This document shows, in pieces, positions 44,479-53,913 of a stretch of 64,000 nucleotides of DNA. Made by a program: the position numbers and the translations under genes. The stretch covers positions 2,648,597-2,712,596 of the forward strand of contig OZ244931.1 of NCBI GenBank assembly GCA_965222215.1, in the 5' to 3' direction. Positions within the stretch are counted from its first letter, which is position 1, and each line of letters starts with the position of its first letter. Origin of the DNA: Alphaproteobacteria bacterium. GTDB lineage: Bacteria > Pseudomonadota > Alphaproteobacteria > UBA6615. The notes beneath the pieces are model-generated. The model was given only the letters and a program-made list of their open reading frames with translations. It ran no database searches and was not told the DNA's origin.

Positions 44479-45966
44479 TCAGAATCTCGGGATGTCCGGG
44501 AACGGCATCTGGCCGCGATGGATGTGCATGCGGCCCAGCTCGGCACAGCGGTGCAGGGTCGGAAAGACCTTGCCGGGGTTGAGCAACTGGTTCGGGTCGA
44601 ACGCGCATTTCAGGCGCTGCTGCTGCTTCAAGTCCTCCTCGGAGAACACCTCTTCCATAAGATCGCGCTTCTCGACGCCGACGCCATGCTCCCCGGTCAG
44701 CACGCCCCCGACCTCGACGCACAGACGCAGGATATCGGACCCGAAATCCTCCGCCGCCTCCAGCTCGCCCGGCTTGTTGGCGTCATACATGATCAGCGGA
44801 TGCAGGTTACCGTCGCCGGCGTGGAACACGTTGGCGACGCCGAGACCGTATTTGTCGGACAGCTCGGACATCCGCGCCAAAACTTCCGGCAGCCGGTGGC
44901 GCGGGATCGTCCCGTCCATGCAGTAGTAGTCCGGCGACAGACGGCCGATCGCTGGGAAGGCCGCCTTGCGGCCCGCCCAGAACTGGTTGCGTTCTTCCTC
45001 GCTCTCGCTGATCCGGATCGAGACGGCGCCCAGCCCCTCGGCGATCTCGCGCACGCGCTCGATCAGGTAATCCACCTCCACCGGCGGGCCGTCGAGCTCC
45101 ACCAGCAGCAATGCCTCCACATCCAGCGGATAGCCGACCTGCACGAAGGCCTCGGCGGCCTTGATCGCCGGGCGGTCCATCATTTCCATGCCGCCGGGGA
45201 TGATTCCCGCGCCGATGATGTCCGCGACACACTGGCCGCCCGCCTCGCTGCTTTCAAAGCCGATCATCAGCGCGCGCGCCGTCGTCGGCTTCGGCAGGAT
45301 ACGCACGATCACCTCGGTGATCACGCCCAGAAGCCCCTCGGAGCCCGTCATCACGCCCAGCAGGTCGAAGCCCTCGGAATCCATATGCTTGCCGCCAAGG
45401 CGAAGGATTTCGCCGTCGGGCAGGACCATCTCGATCCCGAGGATGTTGTTCGTCGTCAGGCCGTATTTCAGGCAGTGCACGCCGCCGGAATTCTCGGCCA
45501 CGTTGCCGCCGATGGTGCAGGCGATCTGGCTCGACGGGTCGGGGGCGTAATAGAAGCCGTCCCCCTCGACCGCCTGGGTGATACCCAGGTTGGTCACGCC
45601 CGGCTGCACCCGCGCGCAGCGGTTGTCATAGTCGACTTCCAGCACGCGGTTGAACTTGCCGAGGCCCAGCGTGATAGCGTCAGCCGCCGGCAGCGCGCCG
45701 CCGGAGAGCGACGTGCCCGCGCCGCGCGGCACGATCTTCACGGCATTCTCGTTGCAGTAGCGCATGACCGCGCTGACCTGCTCCACATTCTCCGGCAGCA
45801 CCACGATCAGCGGCATCTGGCGGTACGCCGTCAGGCCGTCGGATTCGTAGACAGCCATCTCACGCGCGTCGGCGATCACACCCTCGCCCGGTACGATGTC
45901 GCGCATCGCGGCGATGATCTCTTCGCGGCGCGCAATCACCCCGGCGTCGGGATCGGGCATCTTCAT
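44479..45966 (-). CDS. glcD: glycolate oxidase subunit GlcD
   Basis: PRGAGTSLSGG, APDPSSQIACTIGGN, HAGDGNLHP, GEHGVG. Confidence 0.95.
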   Translation of the reverse strand: MKMPDPDAGVIARREEIIAAMRDIVPGEGVIADAREMAVYESDGLTAYRQMPLIVVLPENVEQVSAVMRYCNENAVKIVPRGAGTSLSGGALPAADAITLGLGKFNRVLEVDYDNRCARVQPGVTNLGITQAVEGDGFYYAPDPSSQIACTIGGNVAENSGGVHCLKYGLTTNNILGIEMVLPDGEILRLGGKHMDSEGFDLLGVMTGSEGLLGVITEVIVRILPKPTTARALMIGFESSEAGGQCVADIIGAGIIPGGMEMMDRPAIKAAEAFVQVGYPLDVEALLLVELDGPPVEVDYLIERVREIAEGLGAVSIRISESEEERNQFWAGRKAAFPAIGRLSPDYYCMDGTIPRHRLPEVLARMSELSDKYGLGVANVFHAGDGNLHPLIMYDANKPGELEAAEDFGSDILRLCVEVGGVLTGEHGVGVEKRDLMEEVFSEEDLKQQQRLKCAFDPNQLLNPGKVFPTLHRCAELGRMHIHRGQMPFPDIPRF

Positions 45967-46014
45967 GGAATAACTCCGTTCGTGACGGGCGGAGTATAAC
46001 GGGATGCGGGCAAC

Positions 46015-46041
46015 AAAAAACCGCGCAAAAACGCGCGGTTT
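46015..46041 (-). terminator. intrinsic terminator downstream of rpmJ
   Basis: Plus strand AAAAAA-CCGCGC-AAAAAC-GCGCGG-TTT, giving a U6 tail on the minus strand. Confidence 0.7.
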
Positions 46042-46068
46042 CGTACCCCTACGGGTGCGAGAGGCGGT

Positions 46069-46194
46069 TCAGCCCTGGCGCGCCTTGAAACGGGGGTTGC
46101 GCTTGTTGATGACGTACACGCGCCCGCGCCGGCGCACGACCTGGCAGCCGCGACCGCGCTTCTTGAGTGTCTTCAGCGAACTTGCAACCTTCAT
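46069..46194 (-). CDS. rpmJ: 50S ribosomal protein L36 (type B, zinc-independent)
   Basis: Hand translation (absent from the track): [41 protein letters not shown]. Confidence 0.97.
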   Translation of the reverse strand: MKVASSLKTLKKRGRGCQVVRRRGRVYVINKRNPRFKARQG

Positions 46195-46308
46195 GGGACC
46201 GCTCCCGTCATAAAAAACGCCGCCCGGTGGGGCGGAGACGCGCGGAAACTAGTCGCGCGATCCGGGTTTGTCAACGGCGGTTGCGGCCTGTGCGCCGCGA
46301 TCAACATC

Positions 46309-46392
46309 GTCATCGCGAGCCAAAGGCGACGCGATCCAGAGCGGACCTGCTTCGGCCCTGGATTGCTTCGTCGCATTGCTCCTCGCAATGAC
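46309..46392. repeat. RPE/REP-like palindromic element (GTCATYGCGAG...CTCGCAATGAC type)
   Basis: GTCATCGCGAG...GCGATCCAG...CTGGATTGC...CTCGCAATGAC nested inverted repeats. Confidence 0.75.
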
Positions 46393-46412
46393 CATCGGCA
46401 GATCAACCGCCT

Positions 46413-46994
46413 TCACCGCGCCTTTGCGTGATACTCCGGGTTGGGCATGCGGTCGAGCGCCGTGGAGGCCCGGTTGGTCATGTTGAAAAAGGCCGCAACG
46501 CAGGCGATATCCAGGATGTCGTGCTCGCTGAAACCCGCGTCCCGCAGGGCCTGACGGTCGGCCTCCTCCACCTCGGCGGGCGTTTTGGTCATCTTCACCG
46601 CAAAATCGAGCATGGCGCGCTGGCGGTCCGATAGATCGGCCGCGCGGTAGTTGATCGCCATCAGCTCGCCCAGCGCCGGGTCGTCGGAGAGTTCCCGCAC
46701 ACCCGCGCCGTGGGCCACCACGCAGTAGTAGCACTTGTTCTCGCTGGAGACGGCTGTCGCGATCATCTCGCGCTCCAGCTTCGAGAGGCCAGACTCTGAG
46801 AGCATCAGGTCGTTGTACATGGCGATGAAGGCGCGCAGCCGTTCGGGCGCAACGGCATAGCTGCGCAGGACATTCGGCACCATGCCCAGCTTTTCCTGGC
46901 AGACGGCGAAGTACTTCTGCAGGTCCGGGTCGAGATCGTCGGCCTCCGGGATCGGGAGGTCGAGGGCATGGATGTGGTCGGGTTGTGCAGTCAT
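46413..46994 (-). CDS. peroxidase-related enzyme (AhpD/CMD family)
   Basis: LGMVPNVL, LEREMIATAVSSENKCYYCVVAHG, FFNMTNR. Confidence 0.92.
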   Translation of the reverse strand: MTAQPDHIHALDLPIPEADDLDPDLQKYFAVCQEKLGMVPNVLRSYAVAPERLRAFIAMYNDLMLSESGLSKLEREMIATAVSSENKCYYCVVAHGAGVRELSDDPALGELMAINYRAADLSDRQRAMLDFAVKMTKTPAEVEEADRQALRDAGFSEHDILDIACVAAFFNMTNRASTALDRMPNPEYHAKAR

Positions 46995-47049
46995 AGCGCG
47001 CTCGCGGGTCGGTGCTTCGAAAGCGCGATTATAGCGCGCAGCGGCAAAG

Positions 47050-47083
47050 AAAAACGCGTTGGCACCGGAGGAGTGCCAAGGCG
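47050..47083 (-). terminator. intrinsic terminator of the RTX gene
   Basis: Minus strand TTGGCAC-TCCTCCG-GTGCCAA then CGCG-TTTTT. Confidence 0.65.
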
Positions 47084-47114
47084 AGGGGATCGAAGGAGGA
47101 GAAAAGAAAAGGAA

Positions 47115-49160
47115 TTAGACGATGTCGTAGGTGTCGGTTCCGTCGTTATAGGAATAGACAACCACGCTGCCGCCATCGCGCAGGTTGATGTCGCTGATCT
47201 CGCCGGCCGCGAACGTGATCGAACCGTCGCCGTTCGGGTTCTGGGTCGCCGGATTCACAAAGTCGATTGTCCAGGTGCCGTCGCCGTTGTTGGTGAACTT
47301 CACGTCGTCGGTGTCGACGCCGTCGGTGCGCCGATCACCTTCATTGTCGAAGCCCTCGAAGATCACCAGGCCATTCGAATAACCAAACGCGTCTTCGCGA
47401 TTGCCGTCGACGATCAGGTCCTTCCCGTCGCCGCGGCCGAAATAGTAGACGTCGTAGTCGGCACCGCCGACCAGGATGTCGTTGCCCCGCGAGGCATAGA
47501 TGTGGTCGTCATAGCCATAGGCATCGACGATGCCGTCGTCCTCGCCGCCGAAGATCACGTCGGTGCCGTTCGAGCCCTCGACGCGGGCGTTCGCGCCCGC
47601 GCCGCCGTCGAAGAAGCTGCCCTTGGTGAAGTTCGCGTCGTCGAACAGGGTCTTTGCGTTCTGTTGCGGATCCCAGGTGGCCGCATCGCGGACCTGCGCC
47701 TCAGAAAGGTTCACGGTCTGGCTGCCGCTCCCACCGTTGAACTGCAGGGTCCAGACACCGGTGGCGTCGTTGTAGGACGGATCGATGTGAGTCAGGTTCT
47801 TGTTCGAAGTGTTCACGCCGAAGGCAGAAATCTCGTCCGAGCCATCGCCGCCGTCGACGAAGAACGCGTGCACGGAAACGCCGCGCTCGCCGACGAAGAT
47901 GTCATCGCCGCCACCCAGCTCGAAATTCTCGAAGTTGCCCTGCTTCCCGGCAAAACGGTTGTCGGCCATGTTGAAGTAATCGCCGCCGGCGGTGCCCTGC
48001 AAGGTGTCGAAGTTGTTGCCGCCGTCGACCAGTGTGTCGCCGATCTCGAAAACATTGATGCCGTTGATCAGCACCGATGCGCCCGCGTCGAACAGGATCG
48101 TGTCGTTGCCGCTCTCGCCCTTGAGGGTATCCGCACCCTCGCCGCCGTCGAGCGTGTCGTCGTTATTGTCGCCTTCCAGCAGGTCAGCCCCGGCCCCGCC
48201 ATTCAGCGTGTCGTTGCCGTTGCCGCCGTAGAGACGGTCGTCGTCCGCGCCGCCAAACAGGATATCGTTGCCGCCATCGCCATAGAGGCGGTCCTCGCCG
48301 TCATCGCCTTCGAGACGGTCGTCATCGTTCTTGCCGCGCAGGAGGTCGTTGCCGGCGCCGCCGCGCAGGATGTCATTGCCGTTGCCGCCGTCGAGAGTAT
48401 CGTCCCCGCCGTCGCCGTCGAGGATGTCGTTGCCGTTCTGGCCCGAAAGGATGTCGGCACCCAGCCCGGCCTGCAGCGTGTCGTTGCCGTTTCCGCCGTA
48501 GAGCTTGTCGTTGCCGTCGCCGCCATCGAGGAGGTCGTTGTCGTCCTGGCCGTACAGCTCGTCGTTGCCGTCGCCGCCGAATAGCTGGTCGTCCCCGACA
48601 TCACCGTAGAGCTTGTCCTTGCCCGCATCGCCGCGAAGGATATCGTCCCCGTCCTGGCCATACAGCTTGTCGTCCGCGTCACCGCCGTTCAGCGTGTCGT
48701 TACCGATGCCGCCGTACAGCTTGTCCTTGCCCGCATCGCCGTTCAGCGTGTCGTTCCCGGCATCGCCCCAGAGCTGGTCGTCCCTGTCGCCGCCCGAGAG
48801 GATGTCGTCGCCGTTGCCGCCGTACAGCCGGTCCTTGCCGTCCCCGCCGTTGAGGATGTCATCGCCATCCTCGCCCCAGAGCTTGTCGTCGCCCGTACCG
48901 CCGTTCAGAGTGTCATTCCCGGTGCCGCCGTACAGCTTGTCCTTGCCCGCGTCGCCGTTGAGGATGTCGTTCCCGGCGTCGCCCCAGAGTTGGTCGTCGT
49001 GATTGCCGCCGAACAGCGTATCGTTGTCGTTCCCGCCGTACAGTTTGTCTTTGCCGTTGAATCCGTACAGGAAATCGTCGCCGTCGTACCCGCGAATGGT
49101 ATCGGCGCTTGAAGTGCCTTCAAGGATGTTGTCGTCGTTATCGCCGTCGATCGTCGCCAT
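47115..49160 (-). CDS. RTX / hemolysin-type calcium-binding repeat protein (probable type I secretion substrate)
   Basis: About 39 consecutive GGxGxDxLx nonapeptides from the N-terminus, more near the C-terminus; no Sec signal; no Cys. Confidence 0.92.
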   Translation of the reverse strand: MATIDGDNDDNILEGTSSADTIRGYDGDDFLYGFNGKDKLYGGNDNDTLFGGNHDDQLWGDAGNDILNGDAGKDKLYGGTGNDTLNGGTGDDKLWGEDGDDILNGGDGKDRLYGGNGDDILSGGDRDDQLWGDAGNDTLNGDAGKDKLYGGIGNDTLNGGDADDKLYGQDGDDILRGDAGKDKLYGDVGDDQLFGGDGNDELYGQDDNDLLDGGDGNDKLYGGNGNDTLQAGLGADILSGQNGNDILDGDGGDDTLDGGNGNDILRGGAGNDLLRGKNDDDRLEGDDGEDRLYGDGGNDILFGGADDDRLYGGNGNDTLNGGAGADLLEGDNNDDTLDGGEGADTLKGESGNDTILFDAGASVLINGINVFEIGDTLVDGGNNFDTLQGTAGGDYFNMADNRFAGKQGNFENFELGGGDDIFVGERGVSVHAFFVDGGDGSDEISAFGVNTSNKNLTHIDPSYNDATGVWTLQFNGGSGSQTVNLSEAQVRDAATWDPQQNAKTLFDDANFTKGSFFDGGAGANARVEGSNGTDVIFGGEDDGIVDAYGYDDHIYASRGNDILVGGADYDVYYFGRGDGKDLIVDGNREDAFGYSNGLVIFEGFDNEGDRRTDGVDTDDVKFTNNGDGTWTIDFVNPATQNPNGDGSITFAAGEISDINLRDGGSVVVYSYNDGTDTYDIV

Positions 49161-49488
49161 CGTTTGTTCCTTTGGGTCTTCCGGCCCCACAATCTCTCAA
49201 AATGCGGTGTCAGTATGCGTCAGAATCTCATTCTGCATAACAAATTACCGCTTTTTGGCCTGCTCCCGGGAGCTTTTCTGTTTCACGAAAGAACCCACAA
49301 CTTACTGTTTTCGATGAATAATCCAAGAAGATCGCATCAACCAAAGCCTTCTTTGCCCTAGCAGATCATCACACCGTCAACCATTAAAGAAGCAATAATC
49401 ATGCCTGTATTGGGGTATGCCCGTTGACTCGCCCGCGCGTCGGCACGCATCCTTTCCGCCGAAAATCCAGCACCGAAGCGAACCGAAC

Positions 49489-50520
49489 ATGACTGCGCAA
49501 AACGCAATCGACACCCGACCTGACATTCCGGTCCTCGACCTCGGCCCCTATCTCTCCGGACAAGACGGCGCGCTCGATCGCGTCGCCGCGCAACTGCGGC
49601 ACGCACAGGAAAACGTCGGGTTCTATTTCGTGGTGAACCACGGGGTTCCGAAGGAGCTCATCCGCAACGCCTACGGCGCCATTCGCTCCTTCTTCGCTCT
49701 GCCCGCGACCGAAAAGCGGAAGCTCGCGATGAATGCGCAGCGCAGCGGTTACGTCCCGCCCAAATCGTCGGTCTATGTGACGTCGACCGTCAACCGGAAC
49801 ACCAAGCCCGATCTAAACGAAGTGGTGATTTATACCCGAGAGCACGCGGATGTCGCCGAACATGTCGCCGCGGGGCGCAGTTTCCACGGCCCAAATCCGT
49901 GGCCGGACGAAGATCTGGTTCCCGGTTTTCGTGCGGCCATGATCGCGTACTACGACGCCATCGAGGCGCTGGGTTTCCGGATGCTGGCTGTCTACGCCCG
50001 CGCGCTCGACCTGCCGGCCGGTTATTTCGACCCCTATTTTACCGAGCCGATGTGGACGACACGTAACGCGTTCTACCCCGGCTCGCCCGACGCCGAAGAC
50101 AACCAGTTCGGCATCTCGCCCCACCGCGATCACGGCTTTATGACCCTGCTGCCGCTTTCCGACGAACCCGGCCTGCAAATTCAGGGGCCCGACGGGAGCT
50201 GGATCGCTGCCGAACAGGTCGAGAACGCGATCATCATCAACACGGGCGAATTCATGAACCGTTGGACCAATGGCCGATTTATCGCCACGCCGCATCGGGT
50301 AACGCCGCCACGCAACGACCGCTACTCGATTGCCTTTTTCTTCAACCCGACCTGGAACACAGAGGCGGTCCCGCTGGAGACCTGCACGGATCCCGACAAT
50401 CCGCCGCAATTCGAACCGATCAACATCCACGACTATCTGGACTGGTACATCAACAGCAACTTCAACAAGGACGGCGGCGGACAGCAGACGGGAGACGAGA
50501 CCGACGGGGCAACCCCTTGA
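49489..50520 (+). CDS. isopenicillin N synthase family 2OG-Fe(II) dioxygenase
   Basis: IPVLDL, GFYFVVNHGV, PHRDHG, TPHRV, RYSIAFF. Confidence 0.92.
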   Translation: MTAQNAIDTRPDIPVLDLGPYLSGQDGALDRVAAQLRHAQENVGFYFVVNHGVPKELIRNAYGAIRSFFALPATEKRKLAMNAQRSGYVPPKSSVYVTSTVNRNTKPDLNEVVIYTREHADVAEHVAAGRSFHGPNPWPDEDLVPGFRAAMIAYYDAIEALGFRMLAVYARALDLPAGYFDPYFTEPMWTTRNAFYPGSPDAEDNQFGISPHRDHGFMTLLPLSDEPGLQIQGPDGSWIAAEQVENAIIINTGEFMNRWTNGRFIATPHRVTPPRNDRYSIAFFFNPTWNTEAVPLETCTDPDNPPQFEPINIHDYLDWYINSNFNKDGGGQQTGDETDGATP

Positions 50521-50601
50521 CCGTTGCCGCCATGGCGCACTACCTCCTGCTGGACGAATCGGCGCATCCTCGCGCCACGAGCTGAACCGGAGCCGAACGC
50601 A

Positions 50602-51579
50602 GTGAGCGAACCGCATCCTTGGAACCTGAGCCTTGGGCGGCACCCGAGCGCGGATGAAGTCACGTTCGACCTCGAGCGCACGCTCTCATCCGTCGTCGCG
50701 CTGCGCTCGAACGTTCCCGACGACGCCTTCACCGCGCCCATTCTCGGCACCGAACGCGAAGGCCAGGGCGTCGTCATCAGCGAGGATGGCCTGGTCCTGA
50801 CCATCGGCTATCTCGTGACCGAGGCCGAGGAGGTCTGGCTGATCGGCAACAACGGCGCTGCCCGGCCCGCACATGTGGTGGGCTACGACCAGGAAACCGG
50901 TTTCGGCCTCGTGCAGTCGCTCGGCCCGCTGGATCTGCCCCATCTCGAATTGGGGGATTCCGGCCCGGTCACGGCGGGCGATTCCATGATCGTCGCCGGG
51001 CAGGGTGGCCCCGAAGCCTGCGTGAACGCGCAAGTGATCTCGGTCCGCGAATTCGCCGGGTCGTGGGAGTACCTGATCGACCGTGCCATCTTCACTGTGC
51101 CCGCGCACCCGCGCTGGAGCGGCGCGGCGGTGATCGACTGGTCTGGCCGGCTGGCGGGCATCGGCTCGCTGTACATCCAGCAGGCCGCGGGGGACGACGA
51201 CGAGATCGACGGCAACATGGTCGTGCCCATCGACCTGCTGAAACCCATCCTCGCCGACCTGGTCGAACGCGGGGCGCAACGAAAACCCGCCCGGCCCTGG
51301 CTCGGCATGACGACCGCGGAAGCGGAGGAACATCTTGTCGTCGCCGGCGTCGCTGAAGGCGGCCCGGCCATGCAAGCCGGCGTGGAACCGGGCGACCTGG
51401 TGCTGGGGGTGGACGGCGAAAACATCTCCGGCCTGTCGCGGCTATTCCGGAAAATCTGGTCGCTGGGCGACGCAGGCGTCAGCGTCCCGCTAACCCTGCA
51501 TCGCGACGGTCAGGTCGTGACGGTAACCGTGCAGTCGAGCGCACGGGGTGATTTCCTCAGAAAGCCGCGCGTCAACTAG
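50602..51579 (+). CDS. S1C/HtrA-like trypsin-fold protein with PDZ domain (degenerate triad)
   Basis: GQGVVISEDGLVLTIGYL, WSGAA, RPWLG, GGPAMQAGVEPGD; GTG start inferred. Confidence 0.85.
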   Translation: MSEPHPWNLSLGRHPSADEVTFDLERTLSSVVALRSNVPDDAFTAPILGTEREGQGVVISEDGLVLTIGYLVTEAEEVWLIGNNGAARPAHVVGYDQETGFGLVQSLGPLDLPHLELGDSGPVTAGDSMIVAGQGGPEACVNAQVISVREFAGSWEYLIDRAIFTVPAHPRWSGAAVIDWSGRLAGIGSLYIQQAAGDDDEIDGNMVVPIDLLKPILADLVERGAQRKPARPWLGMTTAEAEEHLVVAGVAEGGPAMQAGVEPGDLVLGVDGENISGLSRLFRKIWSLGDAGVSVPLTLHRDGQVVTVTVQSSARGDFLRKPRVN

Positions 51580-51611
51580 AAACTCCGGCGGGCGAGTCCG
51601 ACCAGGCCGCT

Positions 51612-52595
51612 TTACTTCTCCGCTTTTCCCGGCCCGAACGGTTCGAATGCGAACATCTTCGGCGCAGCCGGGTCGATCGTCACCCGCACCGCGCGGATAT
51701 CGGACGCACCCGGCACTTCGAGCCGGGTGACGTTTTCCAGAATGCGGCCATGGATATCCTGAAACGGCGTGTCGAGCGTGTAGATGTGGCCGTCCCCGTG
51801 GATCACGAGCACCGGGCCGCCATACGCAACCGCGCCATCCGTGATAGCCGCGAGCGTGCGCCGGAACCCGCCGCCGATCCCGTAGGTCAGGAACGGGTCG
51901 GCCTGGAACGCCAGTACGACGGCCACCGCGCCCTCCCCACGCGCCAGCTGGAACGTATCGCGAATCCATGCATCGTTCGCCGCATCGCGGGCCTCGTATT
52001 CGGCCATCGCCGCCGGCGCATCCGGGTTTCGGTTGTTGTTCGACCCGACGATATGGGCCGTGGCAAACCGAACTTTCCCCTGGCGCCAGCGCGCGTTCTC
52101 AACCATCTGCCGGTGGCGCGGATCGATATCCGACTGGCGCTCTACACGACGCGGCTGATCGCCCCGGCTCGTGTCCGTCGAAAAGAAGTTCGTTCGCAGA
52201 AAAGCCAGGCGCTCGAGCGGATCGTATCCGCCCGCGGATTCGCGATGGCAATCCGTCCACTCGTTGTCGCCCGGCGTGAAGACGAGCGCGCCCGCAACGC
52301 TGTCCATATAGTCGCGCTGGCGCAGGATCACTTCGTCGGTGCACGGGCTGCCGCCGCCCTTGATATCGCCCACGTGGATCGTGACCGCGGGCGCAACGGC
52401 ATTCACGTCGGACAGGAGCGCCTCGAAACGCGGCACATCACGCATGCCGTAAGGCATGTCGCCGATCGCGACGATCGTGAGGCCATCCGCGGCGGGTGCG
52501 GAACGGTCAGCCGTCGTCGGCGGCGGCGGCGCGCAGGCGGCGAGCAGAGAAGCAGCACCCAAAAGGGTGCCCCGGCAGGTTCGCATACTCAACAT
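51612..52595 (-). CDS. metallophosphoesterase-family lipoprotein
   Basis: Lipobox LLAA-C; GDMPY, HVGDIK, PGDNEW, HGDGH; start 52595 or 52586. Confidence 0.82.
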   Translation of the reverse strand: MLSMRTCRGTLLGAASLLAACAPPPPTTADRSAPAADGLTIVAIGDMPYGMRDVPRFEALLSDVNAVAPAVTIHVGDIKGGGSPCTDEVILRQRDYMDSVAGALVFTPGDNEWTDCHRESAGGYDPLERLAFLRTNFFSTDTSRGDQPRRVERQSDIDPRHRQMVENARWRQGKVRFATAHIVGSNNNRNPDAPAAMAEYEARDAANDAWIRDTFQLARGEGAVAVVLAFQADPFLTYGIGGGFRRTLAAITDGAVAYGGPVLVIHGDGHIYTLDTPFQDIHGRILENVTRLEVPGASDIRAVRVTIDPAAPKMFAFEPFGPGKAEK

Positions 52596-52654
52596 GCGCG
52601 GATCATACTTGCTTCGTGTGACCGTTGTCCTTCGGCGCATGAATGTTTTGCATG

Positions 52655-52673
52655 ACTGATCGGTTCGATCAGT
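52655..52673. promoter_or_regulatory. perfect palindrome in the divergent aapJ / phosphoesterase intergenic region
   Basis: ACTGATCG-GTT-CGATCAGT followed by a T-run. Confidence 0.4.
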
Positions 52674-52792
52674 TTTTTTGATAACCCTGTTGTCCACGCC
52701 TGCCCCGAAAGGGCAGTATTGCTGCAAGAAAAAGGAAAAAACCGCGCAAACGGGGGAAATTCCTTGCGGATTCACATAAGGGAGAGGTCTCA

Positions 52793-53824
52793 ATGAATAT
52801 CAAAACACTCACCGGAGCCGCGGCATTCGCCGGCGCTCTCGCCATTGGCGGCATGGCCGTGCCCGCGCACGCGGCGACCCTGGACGACGTGAAGTCGGCC
52901 GGTGTCCTGAAGTGCGGCATCAACACGGGCCTGCCGGGCTTTGCCTTCACCGACGACGCCGGAAAATGGACCGGCTTCGACGTGGCTTATTGCCGCGCAT
53001 TGGCCGCGGCCGTTCTCGGTGACCCGACCAAGATCGAGTTCGTCAACCTGACCGGCGCCAACCGCTTCCCGGCGCTGCAGTCGGGCGAGATCGACGTGCT
53101 GTCGCGCAACACGACATGGACGTTCTCGCGCGATGTCGATCTGGGCTTCACCTTCGTCGGCGTGAACTACTACGACGGCCAGGGTTTTATCGGCCGCAAG
53201 TCGCTGGGCATTTCGAGCGCAACCGAACTGGACGGCGCTTCGGTGTGCATCCAGACCGGCACCACGACCGAAAAGAACCTCGCGGACTTCTTCCGGGTAA
53301 ACGACATCAGCTATGAGGCGGTGCCGATCGAGACCAACTCGGAAGCCCGCACGGCGTATGAAGCCGAACGCTGCGATGTGTACACCACGGACGCTTCGGG
53401 CCTCGCGGCGACGAAGTCGACCTTCGACGACGCCGACAAGCACATGGTGTTTCCGGAAATCGTGTCGAAGGAACCCTTGGGTCCGCTCGTCCGTCAGGGC
53501 GACGACCAGTGGGCCGATATCGCGCGCTGGACTCTTAACGCGCTCGTCTCGGCTGAGGAACTCGGCGTGACCCAGGCGAACGTCAGGGAACTTGCCAAAG
53601 GCACCGACAACCCGGAGATCAACCGGATGCTCGGCTCGGAAGGCTCGCTCGCGGAAATGCTCGGTCTCGAATCCGACTGGGCGGTGAACGCGATTGCCGC
53701 CGAAGGCAACTACGCCGAGATCTTCGATAAGTATGTCGGGCCGGACACGCCCCTGGGTCTCTCGCGCGGCCTGAACGCGCTCTACAAGGATGGTGGCATC
53801 CTCTACTCACCGCCGTTCCGTTAG
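52793..53824 (+). CDS. aapJ: general L-amino acid ABC transporter substrate-binding protein
   Basis: Signal peptide; ALQSGEIDVLSRNTTWT, YYDGQGF, VSKEPLGPLVRQGDDQW, YSPPFR. Confidence 0.93.
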   Translation: MNIKTLTGAAAFAGALAIGGMAVPAHAATLDDVKSAGVLKCGINTGLPGFAFTDDAGKWTGFDVAYCRALAAAVLGDPTKIEFVNLTGANRFPALQSGEIDVLSRNTTWTFSRDVDLGFTFVGVNYYDGQGFIGRKSLGISSATELDGASVCIQTGTTTEKNLADFFRVNDISYEAVPIETNSEARTAYEAERCDVYTTDASGLAATKSTFDDADKHMVFPEIVSKEPLGPLVRQGDDQWADIARWTLNALVSAEELGVTQANVRELAKGTDNPEINRMLGSEGSLAEMLGLESDWAVNAIAAEGNYAEIFDKYVGPDTPLGLSRGLNALYKDGGILYSPPFR

Positions 53825-53838
53825 GCCATAACCCATTG

Positions 53839-53874
53839 CTGTCGGCCCGCCGGTTGAACACGGCGGGCCGATAG
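53839..53874 (+). other. intercistronic stem-loop after the substrate-binding protein gene
   Basis: TCGGCCCGCCG-GTTGAACA-CGGCGGGCCGA, 11-bp perfect stem. Confidence 0.6.
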
Positions 53875-53913
53875 TCCTTTCGCATCCCGGGATTTCTCGA
53901 AGGCGATACGGAC

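Noticed and set aside
46069-46194. Zinc-free L36 as a sign of zinc-starvation paralog switching
   Set aside because: Type B L36 is the normal form in Alphaproteobacteria; no Zur box seen.
48100-49150. 27-bp periodic repeats resembling a CRISPR or tandem array
   Set aside because: They are degenerate coding RTX nonapeptides with no constant repeat/unique spacer pattern and no cas genes.
49384-49398. CtrA-like TTAA-N7-ATAA in the RTX upstream region
   Set aside because: One mismatch in an AT-rich tract; likely chance.
50532-50585. 17-codon ORF MAHYLLLDESAHPRATS between the dioxygenase and the HtrA-like gene
   Set aside because: No RBS and no other support.
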